A DNA stretch of 64,000 bases, taken from NCBI RefSeq assembly GCF_001194135.2, contig NC_068987.1, forward strand, positions 87,993,520-88,057,519, read 5' to 3'. This document shows, one piece after another, positions 51,980-64,000 of this stretch; position 1 is the first letter of the stretch, and each line of letters begins with the position of its first letter. The notes below the pieces were generated by a model. The model made no database searches, was not told where the DNA came from, and was given only the letters and a program-made list of their open reading frames with translations. The translations under genes were made by a program, and so were the position numbers. The stretch comes from Octopus bimaculoides. Its lineage: Eukaryota.

Positions 51980-52110
51980 TCACTCAAGATCATCTGGTTT
52001 AATTCCCAGCATCTCTGTTGAAATGTTCTCCAGTTGTGTGTTTTGAGACCTCAATATTTCTTTGGCAAGGTTACCGATGCTGACTTTGGCACAATCTTCT
52101 GCTGTAGCAT
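51980..52110 (-). CDS. Candidate terminal exon (DATAEDCAKVSIGNLAKEILRSQNTQLENISTEMLGIKPDDLE*)
   Basis: Acceptor tttgtttcattgtggttgtctctcaag|, 131 nt = 2+43x3 to TGA, protein-like composition; no homology recognised. Confidence 0.3.
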
Positions 52111-52208
52111 CTTGAGAGACAACCACAATGAAACAAAACAGTTCAATCGAACTATTAACAAGAGAATTTTTTTTCCTCCACCGTCTCATTGTTTATTGTT
52201 TTCGATTT

Positions 52209-52273
<65 letters not shown>

Positions 52274-53879
52274 ATGCCTGTGTTTCTTTTCTTTCATCGA
52301 AGTAAACAATCAGCGTTGTTTTTGTGTTTGTATTCATGTGTGAAAAAGGACATTTTTAGGCCTTTAGCGAGGATCATTCTCTCTTCGTCGACATAGGAGT
52401 TTTAACTAAATTGTCATCAATACACCCACTTCGTACTTTACTTCACTGCTTACGTGGTACATAGTACAGGCGCACCACACACACACACACGCATATATAT
52501 ATATATATATGCGTGTTTGTATCCGTGTTATACAAGCATATATAAATATACATGTTTGTATGTTATGTGTCTTTATCTAAGCTATACAAACATTGGCTTA
52601 AAAAAGCTTTCTCTTCTTATAAATTTGTTTCGTTATTTATATTCTCGCCATCCAGAAATCGAATTCTGTTCGATCATTCATATTGATTTTTATGAGCTTA
52701 TCTGTAATTTTAATAGGCTTTGGATCTTGGGGACATCAGCTATCAGCTGCTTCCAGCATTTTTATATATTCGTCCAGCGATGAATGTGTACGCGTATATA
52801 CACACACACATCCATAAACCGTATATCTTATAAATGAAAAGCTGTGATGTTTTAGAAAATTATTATTTTTTTAAAATTAGTATTATTACATTTTAAAATT
52901 TAATTTAGACTCGCCCAGTTTTAAGCTTGTTGGGAGAAATATTCTGTCATCGCGTCCTTTCACACGTTCACGCCCACTTACTTCCTTCACTCACCAAAAT
53001 TGCTGCTCTGAAACAGAAGTACGCGCGCGTATGTGTGTGTGTGTATGTGTGTTCTTTCTCTAATCAAAATTTTGAGTTTTTTTAGCTGTTGGTAAGTAGT
53101 TCCTCTCAGACGAAAGTAGGTTTTTAAGAACCACCTGCAGTGTCACTTTCTGTGCCATAAACTTACCAACACACTTTCTCTAGAATGTTTCTACCCAATG
53201 AAACGAATGATTATATNNNNNNNNNNNNNNNNNNNNNNNNNNNNNNNNNNNNNNNNNNNNNNNNNNNNNNNNNNNNNNNNNNNNNNNNNNNNNNNNNNNN
53301 NNNNNNNNNNNNNNNNNNNNNNNNNNNNNNNNNNNNNNNNNNNNNNNNNNNNNNNNNNNNNNNNNNNNNNNNNNNNNNNNNNNNNNNNNNNNNNNNNNNN
53401 NNNNNNNNNNNNNNNNNNNNNNNNNNNNNNNNNNNNNNNNNNNNNNNNNNNNNNNNNNNNNNNNNAATTTTAAATGGAATTTTCAATAATTTAAACCTAC
53501 CAATCCACACACAGGTTTAATTGCCTTATAATTCTGGTGAGAACGGAGATCTTTTTTCTGTTATCTGACAGCTGATGCTAGTTTGGATCAATATTTAAAA
53601 TAGGATTCTTCTTGTTATCCTTGTCAAAATGAATAGTTGCACATTTCATGTTTTCCTCTAAAGACACAAGTGTAGCATTAGTTTTTTTTTTCTTGCTGTT
53701 TTTGTTTTCTTTGAGAGGAGGGGGAAGACCTGAAATTTCCTCTTAGAAAATTCTCTAAATAGTTTTGATTTATAATCCTTTTAAGTATTGTTGCCTTTTG
53801 CTTCATAACCGTTTGGTATTTTAGTTCCAGAATGGCAAAATTCTGCTTAAACTTGGCAATGAACTTTCAATTTAGCAGA

Positions 53880-54810
53880 ACAGCTAGCTTTTCTTTTGGT
53901 TCAGTCGCTAGACTATGGCCATACTGGGACAACATCTCGAAGAATTTTAGTCAAATGAATCGATTCCCAGCACTTATTTTTATTTTAAGCCTGGTACTTA
54001 TTCTATCTGTCTGTTTTGCTGAACTGATAAGTCATATGGATGTAAACACACCAACACCGGTTATCAAGTGGTGGTGGACAAACACAGACAGGAAAACACA
54101 CACACATATGATAGGCTTCTTTCAGTTTCTCTTTACCAAATCCATTCACAAGGCTTTTGTTGGCCGAAAGCTATAGTAGAAAATACTTTCCTTGCCACAG
54201 AGCCACGCCGAGCTTTAATTGGCTTTATTATTTCTTTTTGGATTGTAATAGCCTTCATTGGTGCCACTTTAGTGTGCATTCCACCTGGCTATTTATACCT
54301 TAGCATGCAGTCAAACCCCAGGCCCTAACCCAAATCCTGATCAGGTAATCTCACATCTAGACTATGGAGACAGTTGTAGACTGCATGCTAAAATAGCCCC
54401 CATTTGTCATCATCATGATCATCATTTAACATCTGCTTTCCATGCTAGCATGGGTTGGACAATTTGATTGGGGACTGGCGAAGCGGATGGCTACACTAGG
54501 CTCCAATCTGATTTGGCAGAGTTTCTACAGCTGGATGCTCTTCCTAACGTCAACCACTCTGAGAGTGTAGTGGGTGCTTTTTTACGTTCCACCGGCACAA
54601 GGGCCAGTCCAGCAGTACTGGCACGGGAGCGAGACCGCTGCTCTGGCAGTGATCCTGCTCGGATGGTGCTGTTAGCGTTCCACTGGCACGGGTGCCAGTC
54701 ATCAAATTTGGTTCAGTTTCGATCTCACTTGCCCCAACAGGTCTTCGCAAGCTGAGTTTAGTGTTCCATGAGGAAAGGTTGGCATGGGTGCCAGTCATCA
54801 AATTGGGTTC
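53880..54810 (-). mobile_element. SINE family A (53880-54200) and RTE 3'UTR (54415-54810)
   Basis: Family-diagnostic motifs as above. Confidence 0.7.
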
Positions 54811-55037
54811 AATTTCGATTTGTGTAAGCATTAATTCTATAAATCAGTTTATATCTCACGAGCAAGTTTATCTTTCTGTTTTGATTTTTATGTGAAAGGT
54901 AGAATTAAAGTTTAAGCCAATATGTACTGAAGAATGAAGATTTTTCTTATTAGTTTAAAAAAAAAAATATTGAACATAGATAATATGACATTACTATTTG
55001 TAAATCTCACAACGAGAGATATTCAGTAACAGTACTT

Positions 55038-55300
55038 TGGAGTAAAGATTATTTGCCAACATAATATGGCAGCTCAAAACAATATCCGTGTATTGTGATA
55101 ACCCAAAATATCCCAGAAATCATGATACACAGATATTGTTTTGAGCTGAGCGGGGGTGCTAGATTCCCTTGTTCAAAAATATAAGGACACAGATCGTGTC
55201 GTATAGCCAGCTGGAGACAATGTTTCCTGGGGCTAAATTACAGCAACATTCGTACTAAACCAGGACTGCCATGTTATGTTGGCAAACAATCTTTACTCCA
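55038..55300. mobile_element. MITE with ~35-bp TIRs and an internal hairpin
   Basis: tggagtaaagattatttgccaacataatatggcag ... ctgccatgttatgttggcaaacaatctttactcca; inner IR cagctcaaaacaatatc (55070-86) / gatattgttttgagctg (55132-48). Confidence 0.8.
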
Positions 55301-55639
55301 TAGATATTATGATTTAAAGTCTTCTGCTAATTTTGTTCATATCATCATCATTTTGCTGTCCATTTTTCCATGCCTGCATGAGTCGGACAATTTGTTGAGG
55401 CAGATTTTCTGTGACTGGATACTCTCTCTTTTGTCAACTTTCACCTGTTTCCAAGCAAATTAGCATTTCCTTGTGACTGTACAAATTTTTGTAGAAGATG
55501 GTTGTATGACATTGGCATTCCTTTACAACTGCTGTAATATGGAGGCAGGGAAACCCACACATGCACATATATTACCTCTGTTGGTAACAAAAAAAGTCCT
55601 TCTTGCAGAGTGACAATCAGATTGTATGATGTTTGAGTG

Positions 55640-55960
55640 CAAACAGCAATGCTGCATGGTAGTGGAAATGCTACATGGCAGAGGACATGGGAAGACTTGG
55701 ACGAAATGAAGCTAGTGTTCTACATGGAATGTGCAACATCAGTGTGCAAATGAATGACAAATTGGGCATAAGAGAAATCAGATGCAGTGCACAAGAAAGA
55801 GGGTTGTGTTGGCATGGACATTTGATGAGTATGGATGAAAACAACCATATAAAGAATTGCTGAATGTTGATGAAACTTGTAGAAGGAGGAATCCTAGGTA
55901 GACATGGGACAAAGTAGTGAAGGTTAAAGACGATTGGCAATTTAGTGTGCTGGAAGAGAC
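55640..55960 (+). pseudogene. RTE ORF2 C-terminal remnant
   Basis: LGRNEASVLHGMCNISV...LGIREIRCSAQERGLCWHGHLMSMDE, homologous to 41560-42270. Confidence 0.7.
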
Positions 55961-56849
55961 CCATCTGTTTCAACAAAAGTGAGGTTCTAAAAGACTTAGG
56001 TATTTGTTAGGCATTCACCGAACCTTGCCCCTGTCCCAGCATCCAATCTGTCTCTGTCAAGCTTTCCTCACCTTTCATCTTTCTAACACCTGTCTTTCTA
56101 CTCTTCTAACTATGGCACAATTCAGCAGCTGAAATCATATGAGAGCAGAATCTGCATGTATTTCAACCCCCACCCCCAATACTACCAATTACCACTCCCT
56201 AGACCTACTTCCTTTTAACAGCCATTCCTCATTCTCAGTGTCCTCTTGTCCCACTTTATTTTCCACCATTCACTTTTTGTGTGTGTGTGTGTCCAGCCCT
56301 ACCAAATTATCTCTCTGTCCTCTGTTGTACCTCATCTTTCACACCCTTTCTTATCTGCTGTTATTCTCAATGCCCTGTCACATCTGCGGTTGGCCTCCTT
56401 CACCTTTATCTGCCACTCACTATAGCCACCCCTACATACCTCTGGCATCCATCTCTGTCACTGTACACCTCTCTTCATCTCCCTATTTTCTGATCTGTCT
56501 ACAGGTTTATTATATTGCTGTTTTCCACCCTTCTTTTATTGCCACTTACCACCACCTCTTTGTGAGCCACCCCTATTTCTTTCTACCATACTGGTATTTA
56601 CCATTGACCTCACCTCCACCCTTGTTCCATTCACTACATTCACCTTTATCCCATCTCTAACTATCCTTCACTCTCTTCTCTTACTCTGATGAACTTATCC
56701 ACTCATCCTTCCTGGTCCTTTGTTTGTGCTCTCTCTCTTATACTCACCTTTTTGTATCTTGAGTACATTTTGACACCTCATCACTACCATCACTGTCTTT
56801 CCAGCAACTCCTTCTGCTCTTATGTAATGCAGAGTAGCCGTGTATCTCA

Positions 56850-57400
56850 TCATCATTGTTTAACATCTGCTTTGGGTTGGACAGTTTGATTGAGGACTGG
56901 CAAGCCAGGAGGCTGTACCAGGCCCCAATCTGTTCTGGTAAGGTTTGTACAGCCGGATGACCTTCCTAACACCAACCATTCTGAGAGTGTAGTGCGTGCT
57001 TTTTACGTGCCGCCGGCACAAGACCAGTCAGGTGGTCTGGGCATCAACCATACCTGAATGGTGCTTTTTATGTGCCACTGGCACAGGTGCCAGTCAGGTG
57101 GCATTGGTATCGGACATGACTATGATTTCACTTGACTCAACAGATCTTCTCAAGCAAGTCCTCCGATTTGTTGGATCCTCTCAAACTGCCCTACCCATGC
57201 CACTGTGGAAGACAGATATTGATGATGATGATGATGATATATAGTCACACAGATACACGATGAGTGTTTTTCAGTGTCTGCTTACCAAATCCACTCTCAA
57301 GGCTTTGGTTGACCCAGGGCTATAATAGAAGACACTTGTCCAAAATGCCACAATGTGGGACGGAACCCAAACCATGTGGCTGCGAAGTGAGCTTCTTAAC
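56850..57400 (-). mobile_element. RTE 3' end (56850-57180) and SINE family A head (57255-57400)
   Basis: Family-diagnostic motifs. Confidence 0.65.
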
Positions 57401-58334
57401 TTGCCGTAACCAAAGGGAAGTCTAGCATTCTGATGTTTGATCTTCTCTCAAATATTATTAACACAAGATATGTTTTTCAGGGTTCGTAGTGTCTCTGCTG
57501 CTGCTATTTGTAAAGAATATTGGATTACAAGGTGCTGTTACTACAATATATTAGTGATAAAATATGGAATATTTATATCTCTGTTTGTGTCATACATGAT
57601 TGATATTGTCACCTGTCTATCTCAGTTGTATTTCATTTATTATGTTTTAACTTATCGATATTGGTTTTTAATCATTCTGAACCTATGTGTTTTTGAGATG
57701 GGCTAGAATTTTATACAGAAATGAAAATGTCCAATGTCGCCTGTAATGGGTTTTCAGTTCACTCACCAAAGGTTTCATCTTCATATCGCATGCCCCAAAC
57801 AAGTTACTCCTGATGAGTGTATCTTTCTAGACTATTGACCATTACTAGAAATAATTGGTTTGAGGAGTGATTGAAAGAGAATTGGTTTGAGTTCAACCCT
57901 TCAAAATTTAAATTTCTCTGTCGAATGTAAGGATTATTTATTCACATTATTTTGTGTTAATCATGGATTATCTTGTAGCTTTGAGATCTCAATGACACAA
58001 CTATTTATTTTAGAATGACATTGTCAGGCAGGTGTGAAAGGCTGTATCTGGATGGTTTGCATATAAAATAGACAGATTGGTTTAACATGTAACTGAACTT
58101 GCATTGCAGGTTCAGCTAACTGCAAGTTCAGTAGCATTTGCTTGTGAGAAGTAAATTGCACATCACTCTAATTGGAATGGTATCAGAGTTAAGATATGAC
58201 TAAAGATCTGGTATATAACCCAAACATATGAGATTAATTTCAATGAACTTTGAATAAAAAATAAAACTTTTATCTCTGATGGTGTTTTGTTTGAGTTTGA
58301 TACTTAACATTATAATTTAGATTGATAAAGAGCA

Positions 58335-58500
58335 GGTGTGGCTGTATGGTAAGAAGTGTACTTCCCTAACACATGGTCTTGGGTTCAGTCCCACTCTGGC
58401 ACCTCGGGCAAGTGTCTTCTACTATAGCCTCCAAGCCAACCAAAACCTTGTGAGTGGATTTGGTACGGGGAAACTGAAAGAAGACAATTGTATATATCCA
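58335..58500 (+). mobile_element. SINE family A head
   Basis: ggtgtggctgtatggtaag...gggttcagtcccactctggcacctcgggcaagtgtctt. Confidence 0.75.
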
Positions 58501-58618
58501 CACACACACAGACACACGTATATATTTATAGTTGAAATTTACAGAACAATAAAAGACAAAGACAGTGTAGAAACAACAAGTAGGTGTATTAGTTTGACGC
58601 TCGGGATGGTGAGAAAGT

Positions 58619-58654
58619 CTTTTACGTTTCGAGCCTATGCTCTTCAACAGAAAG
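58619..58654 (-). ncRNA. Variant-core minimal hammerhead-like motif within repeat 58530-58700
   Basis: CTTT CTGTTGA A GAGC ATAG GCTC GAA ACGT A AAAG: stem I CUUU/AAAG, stem II GAGC/GCUC, palindromic ACGU, GUA triplet; A6 replaced by U. Confidence 0.5.
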
Positions 58655-59639
58655 GAACACGAGGAAATAAACAGGGAGAGAATAAAAAACTTGTGGATTT
58701 AGCGATCAAGCATGGCGACTGGTTGGAAAAAGGTAGTTTGACAGGAGAGCTAGGAAGAAGGGGAGATAATAAAATACTGGTGATCCCAAAACGAAGGTAC
58801 GTGTGTGTATGTGAGAGTGTGTGCATGTGGATAGGGGCTAGTGACTTTGACGTGTAGATGTGTGCATCTGTGTGTGTGTTGAGAACCACTGCCCTATCAC
58901 ATGAATTCACATCAAGAATCTTGTAAACCAAATATAAGGCTGAAATATCTTTGAGCTTTCTCGCTGCTGCATACCAGTGCTATGTCGAGCATCAGTTTTA
59001 CTTTACAGGAGAAGCTCATTAAATAAGACACTGATTCCAACAATTTATGCTGATGGGTCTCCAACACATTGTAGAATGGAGAAACTTGTATAAACCAAAG
59101 ACTGCAGGATGATCAAAACTGATATTCTTGTAATGAGTTGCAGCAGTAATTGCAGACTTGAATGCTGTATTCTTGGACCAAATGATTGGTTTTCTTAATC
59201 TTGGCAAAAACTGTTATTTGTTTCAAAGTGATTAGTAAATCTTTTACTAAGAACATTGGTTTGATAATGACAACAAATCTCCATAGTTTTAATAGGATCA
59301 CATTATATTGTTTCTTTAATCCTTTCATAGCAATATTTCCAATAAAATACAGAATTAATTGAAATTAATTTTGAAAATTGTCCCAAGTACAAAGAGATTT
59401 TGTAAAATAAATAACTTGTTCCATTATTAAGCTGATGTTTGGAATTAGATCTGAAAGAAGGCCCATCATCATCATTGTTTGTATCATCCACTTTTCCATT
59501 CTTCCATGGGTCAGATAAAGTTTACTGCACCTGTTTCCAAGGAAGGTAATATTTCTCCATCGCCAGACATGGTCTCACAGGATATTGGTAATGGATGACA
59601 CTGCTGGAGTCGGAGTCGGTAAAATTTCCAATCATTTAC

Positions 59640-60000
59640 TTATTTATTTTTCCTAAAATTTTCATTGCATCTTGCAACGTTTCCAATAGTTGTTGACACT
59701 GTCCATTATTCAAACTGCGTTCTTTTTGCTTGTTTGTTTGTGCTCACTGACACACACACATACAAGCAAAGCAAACAAAAAGAACGCAGCTCGGATAATG
59801 GACAAAGCCAACACATATTGAAAAGGTTGCAAGTTGCAACAAAAGTTTTTGGAAAATAAATGAGTAAATGAGTGAAAATTTTACTGGTGAGTGTTAAATT
59901 ATAAAGCACCAAAAGAGAATGACTCTCCCTAGACCCAACAGAATATGCTTCAACACACAAACTCACATAAAGAATCTTGCAAACCAAATCCCAAAACGAA
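59640..60000. mobile_element. Same MITE/foldback family as 2452-2785, with an internal spacer
   Basis: ctaaaattttcattgcatcttgcaac ... gttgcaag...gaatgactctccctagacccaacagaatatgcttcaacacacaaa. Confidence 0.75.
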
Positions 60001-60416
60001 ATATTGTAAATTACTCCTTTCTCTTTAATTACTGGACATATTTAACTCTGTAGTAATCTCTTTAAATTTTTTGATGGTCCACAACTATATGAAACTTTTG
60101 AGTTTTAATTTCAAAATATTTATCACTTATGAGAATGTGTTTACACTGAAGTTATGCAGTTGTAGTTGATTATTAGCTGGCGTGACTAGATCAGGTTTCA
60201 TTAACAGAGAATTGCTAACATGGAGGTATAGTAGTTTGAGTCATAGCTGCAAATATGCTGGGGTTTTCTGGGGGTTTTTTTTTCACTTGAATAATNNNNN
60301 NNNNNNNNNNNNNNNNNNNNNNNNNNNNNNNNNNNNNNNNNNNNNNNNNNNNNNNNNNNNNNNNNNNNNNNNNNNNNNNNNNNNNNNNNNNNNNNNNNNN
60401 NNNNNNNNNNNNNNNN

Positions 60417-60770
60417 NGCAATGACCCAGTGGTTAGGGCAGCAAACTCAGTCGTAGGATCGAGGTTTCAATTCCCAGACTGGGCTTTGTGAGTGTTTGTT
60501 GAGTGAAAGCACCTAAAGCTCTACAAGGCTCCGCCCTGCTGTACTCTGTCACCACAATTTTCTCTCACTCTTTCTTTCTCTTTCTGTTGTACCTGTATTT
60601 CAAAGGGGCCAACCTCGTCACACTCTATGTCATGCTGAATTTCCCTGAAAACTATGTTAAGGGTACACGTGTCTGTGGAGTGCTCAGCCACTTGCACGTT
60701 AATTTCACGAGCAAGCTGTCCCATTGATCGGATCAACTGGGACCCTCATCGTCATAACCGACGGAGTTCC
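60417..60770 (+). mobile_element. SINE family C
   Basis: Colinear with 26721-27098. Confidence 0.85.
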
Positions 60771-62384
60771 ACGATTTTGGAAATAGAAATGCTGTTTAAA
60801 TAAAGAGGGATTCCTTTTGGTTCCAACTTGCAGAATTTATACTTTTGGTAAACCTGATTAAAACTGACAACTTGCTCAAGCTAGGATATATAATTGTGAA
60901 GGCATATGACCTAGTGGTTAAAGTTTTGCACTCCTGGTTGTAAGATTGCAGTTTCTATTCCTGGGTTGAGTCATGTGTTGTGTTCTTGAGCAAAACACTT
61001 TGTTTCACTTTGCGCCAATCTGCTCAGCTGTAAATGAGTTCTGATGATAACTGGAAAGTTAACCCTGCAATGGACTGACATCCCATCCAGGTGAGATGGT
61101 GTATAATCTCCGTCACTTACACACTATGGAAAATTGGTTAAGCTTTGGCCTTATAAGTCTTAGTGCTCATGACAATGCTACATATATTACAAGATATAAA
61201 ATTAGATAAAGCAGAGATATTTTAATAGAGGAGAAATGTCTAGTAATATATTTTCCAACATTGCTGTTAGCAATATGTGTGTCATTTTAAGTTTATAATT
61301 ATTTCTACAATTTATTGTATAAATGACTATTTCATTAAGTCATCATTTAGTATTGTTAGCAAAGACCATGGCTAGTCTCTGCTATTTTTTTTTTTTTCAT
61401 GCATTTTCAGCTTGAATTTATTTATTCACCCTGCCTTGGTTTGATTGATTATGACTTTCAGAAATAGTTATAGAATTAGTTTATTTAGCAGCAAGGCTAT
61501 TGTGGTGTATGTTAACAAATCTGTGTTCATTAAATCTCCATTATTTCATGAAGTGACAGATTTTCTATATTCAGTTCTCATTTACATATAGGCCATACTT
61601 AATGGATAAATAAATGGTCATTAAGCCAAGTATATAAAAACCATATTATTATTTTTTTTTAATCAGAAAATGATATAACAAAAAATTTTTTTTTTTTGTC
61701 AAAACGTGTCTCATTAATTTAGAATTAATGATACTCCAATATGACATTTTTATATTTGTAAGATGATTATATATATATAATAATGGTTTCAAATATTCGC
61801 ACAAGGCCAGCAATTTCAGGGGCAAGTGTCAGTTAATTATATCAACCCCAGTGCTCAACTGGTACTTATTTCATTGACCCCTGAAAGGATGAAAGACAAA
61901 GTTGACTTTGTGGAATTTAAACTCACAATGCTAACCATGCTAACAATCTTGGCAGCTTGCTGCCCTATTTGTTTGTACATGATATTCAGCCAAAAAAATT
62001 TGTTTTCTTTATCTGTCACTCATTTCAGTTATTGGACTGTGGCCATGCTGGGGCACTGTCTTGAAGGATTTAACCAACAAATTGCCCCCAGTATTTATTT
62101 TTAGTTCTGGTACTTATTGTATTGGTCTCTTTAGTCATGGGGGGACATAAACAAACCATCACTGCTTGTCAAGTGATAGGTGGGGGGGGGGGCAACCTAC
62201 ACCAAAATACACTGCCTCAAACTAACTCTTATCCAACCTATTTCAGCAGCAACATTTGACTTGTATATTGATTGGTCCATTTTAAACATAGCAAACAAAC
62301 TAGATGTTATGTTTTAAAAAATGTTCATTTAAATCTGACATTTTGTCTGTTTTCAGATAATTAGCATAGGAATAAAATTTATAA

Positions 62385-63544
62385 ATAACAACTAAGTGAT
62401 GTACTAAGCTAGCTACTAGATAATGTAAGAATTTGAAATGACACTCCTCGACTATAACTGCCAATGGTGTTGTTTAGCTTCCAATCAGTCTTTGCTGAGC
62501 AAACCTATGGTCAAAAACATTTTGACACATTCTAGCATTGTCTGTCTTGCTGTTTTGTGTATTTAACACTACACCATCCAGTATGTTCCTCATCTTTTGA
62601 GACAGTAAAGTGTATCATCATCATCATCATCATCATACTCTTTTACTTGTTTCAGTCATTCGACTGCGGCCATGCTGGAGCATCACCTTTTAGACGAACA
62701 AATCGACTCCCAGGACTTATTCTTTGGAAGCGGCGTACTTATTCTATTGGTCTCTTTTGCCGAACCGCTAAGTTACGGGGATGTAAACCCACCACCATCG
62801 GTTGTCAAGCGATGCTGGGGGGACAAACACAGATACACAAACATATACACACACATATATACATATATATGACGGGCTTCTTTCAGTTTCCGTCTACCAA
62901 ATCCACTCACAAGGCTTTGGTCAGCCCGAGGCTATAGTAGAAGACACTTGCCCAAGGTGCCACGCAGTGGGACTGAACCCAGAACCATGTGGTTGGTAAG
63001 CAAGCTACTAACCACACAGCCACTCCTACACTCCTCCTCTTTACTTTTATATCTGATGCAATATAAGACACACTTTTTTTTTCAGAAACATTTCTCAAAT
63101 TTTATCATTCCATATTTTATAGTCAAGCCTACATTACATGCTCCAATGCACTAAACGTTTTTCCTAAATACGCGCTACTGAAATTGGGGTGCACTGAATA
63201 TGCCCATGTGACAGTATTTCTTGTCTGTGCTGAAATAGGTTGCATAAGAGTTAGTTTTGAGGCGTCTTATATGACATCAAATATATAAGTGAAGATGATG
63301 ATGATGATGATGATACACTTTACTGTCTTAAAAGTTGGAGGAACAGAATGGATGGTGTAGTGTTAAATACACAAAACAGCAAGACAGACAATGCTAGAAT
63401 GTGTCAAAATGCTTTTGACCATAGGTTTGCTCAGCAAAGACTGATTGGAAGCTAAACAACACCATTGGCAGTAATAGTCTAGGAGTGTCATTGCAAATTC
63501 TTTCAGTATCTAGTAGCTAGCTTAGTACATCACTTAGTTGTTAT
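62385..63544. repeat. ~250-bp inverted repeat (62385-62635 / 63293-63544) of otherwise unique sequence
   Basis: ataacaactaagtgatgtactaagctagctactagata...acaccatcca versus tggatggtgt...tatctagtagctagcttagtacatcacttagttgttat. Confidence 0.9.
62636..63025 (-). mobile_element. SINE family A, full length, young
   Basis: Complete head (aggagtggctgtgtggttagtagc...gggttcagtcccactgcgtggc on the minus strand), internal (CA/TA)n, tail ending gaaacaagtaaaagag. Confidence 0.9.
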
Positions 63545-63784
63545 CTTCTTCTGCCCCACCCCTTGCCTCTGAACTAGTTTCTTGTTTTAGCTAAAGTCTG
63601 TACTAATTCTGTATCACATGTTAAGTAACATTTGACTTGAATGACCAAGATATTGTATATTGATTGGTCCATGTTAAATATAGGAAAAAAACTAGATGTT
63701 ACGTTTAGAAAATGTTCATTTAAATCTGATGTTTTGTCTTTTTTAGATTTTTAGTATAGGAATAAACTTTATAAATGTATATCA

Positions 63785-64000
63785 TCATCACCATCATTTA
63801 ATGTCTGCTTTCCATGCTGGCATGAGTTACACAGCTTGACTGGAATGGGTAAGCCAAGGAACTGCACCAGACCCCAGTCTGATTTGGCATGGTTTCTATG
63901 GCTGGATGCCCTTCCTAACATCAACCACTTCAAGAGTGTAATGGGTGTTATTATCTGCCACCGGCACAAGTGCCATTTACATGATGTCAGCACTGGCCAG
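63785..64000 (-). mobile_element. RTE LINE 3'UTR, runs off the window
   Basis: tttaatgtctgctttccatgc...ggctggatgcccttcctaac. Confidence 0.75.

Overview
AT-rich, repeat-saturated eukaryotic genomic DNA with about 13 assembly gaps. It is most consistent with an octopus (coleoid cephalopod) draft genome; this rests on my recognition of the repeat families, not on a search. I cannot identify any gene by name. The long ORFs in the track are almost all artefacts of microsatellites or N-runs. Supported content: (i) many tRNA-headed SINEs of about five families; (ii) fragments of RTE-clade LINEs, including many 5'-truncated copies reduced to a 3'UTR with a ~65-bp stem-loop array and a (GAT)n tail; (iii) decayed mariner (WVPHEL), maT/DD37D-type and Tc1-like transposases, plus several MITEs and foldbacks; (iv) a few candidate spliced exons, the best being a 247-nt minus-strand exon at 2056-2302. 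The most interesting signal is a set of hammerhead-ribozyme (HHR)-like motifs. A tRNA-headed short element at three loci carries a minimal type-I HHR fold in its tail (complete at 26476-26521). At every locus it is flanked head-to-head by an inverted copy of its own tail, and in two cases that copy starts at the predicted cleavage triplet. This suggests a ribozyme-bearing SINE mobilised by Penelope-like machinery. A second, variant-core HHR-like family occurs at 35905-35939 and 58619-58654. A complete C4HC3 PHD finger sits inside an RTE reverse-transcriptase remnant at 46955-47086. Repeat boundaries are approximate (tens of bp) unless motifs are quoted.
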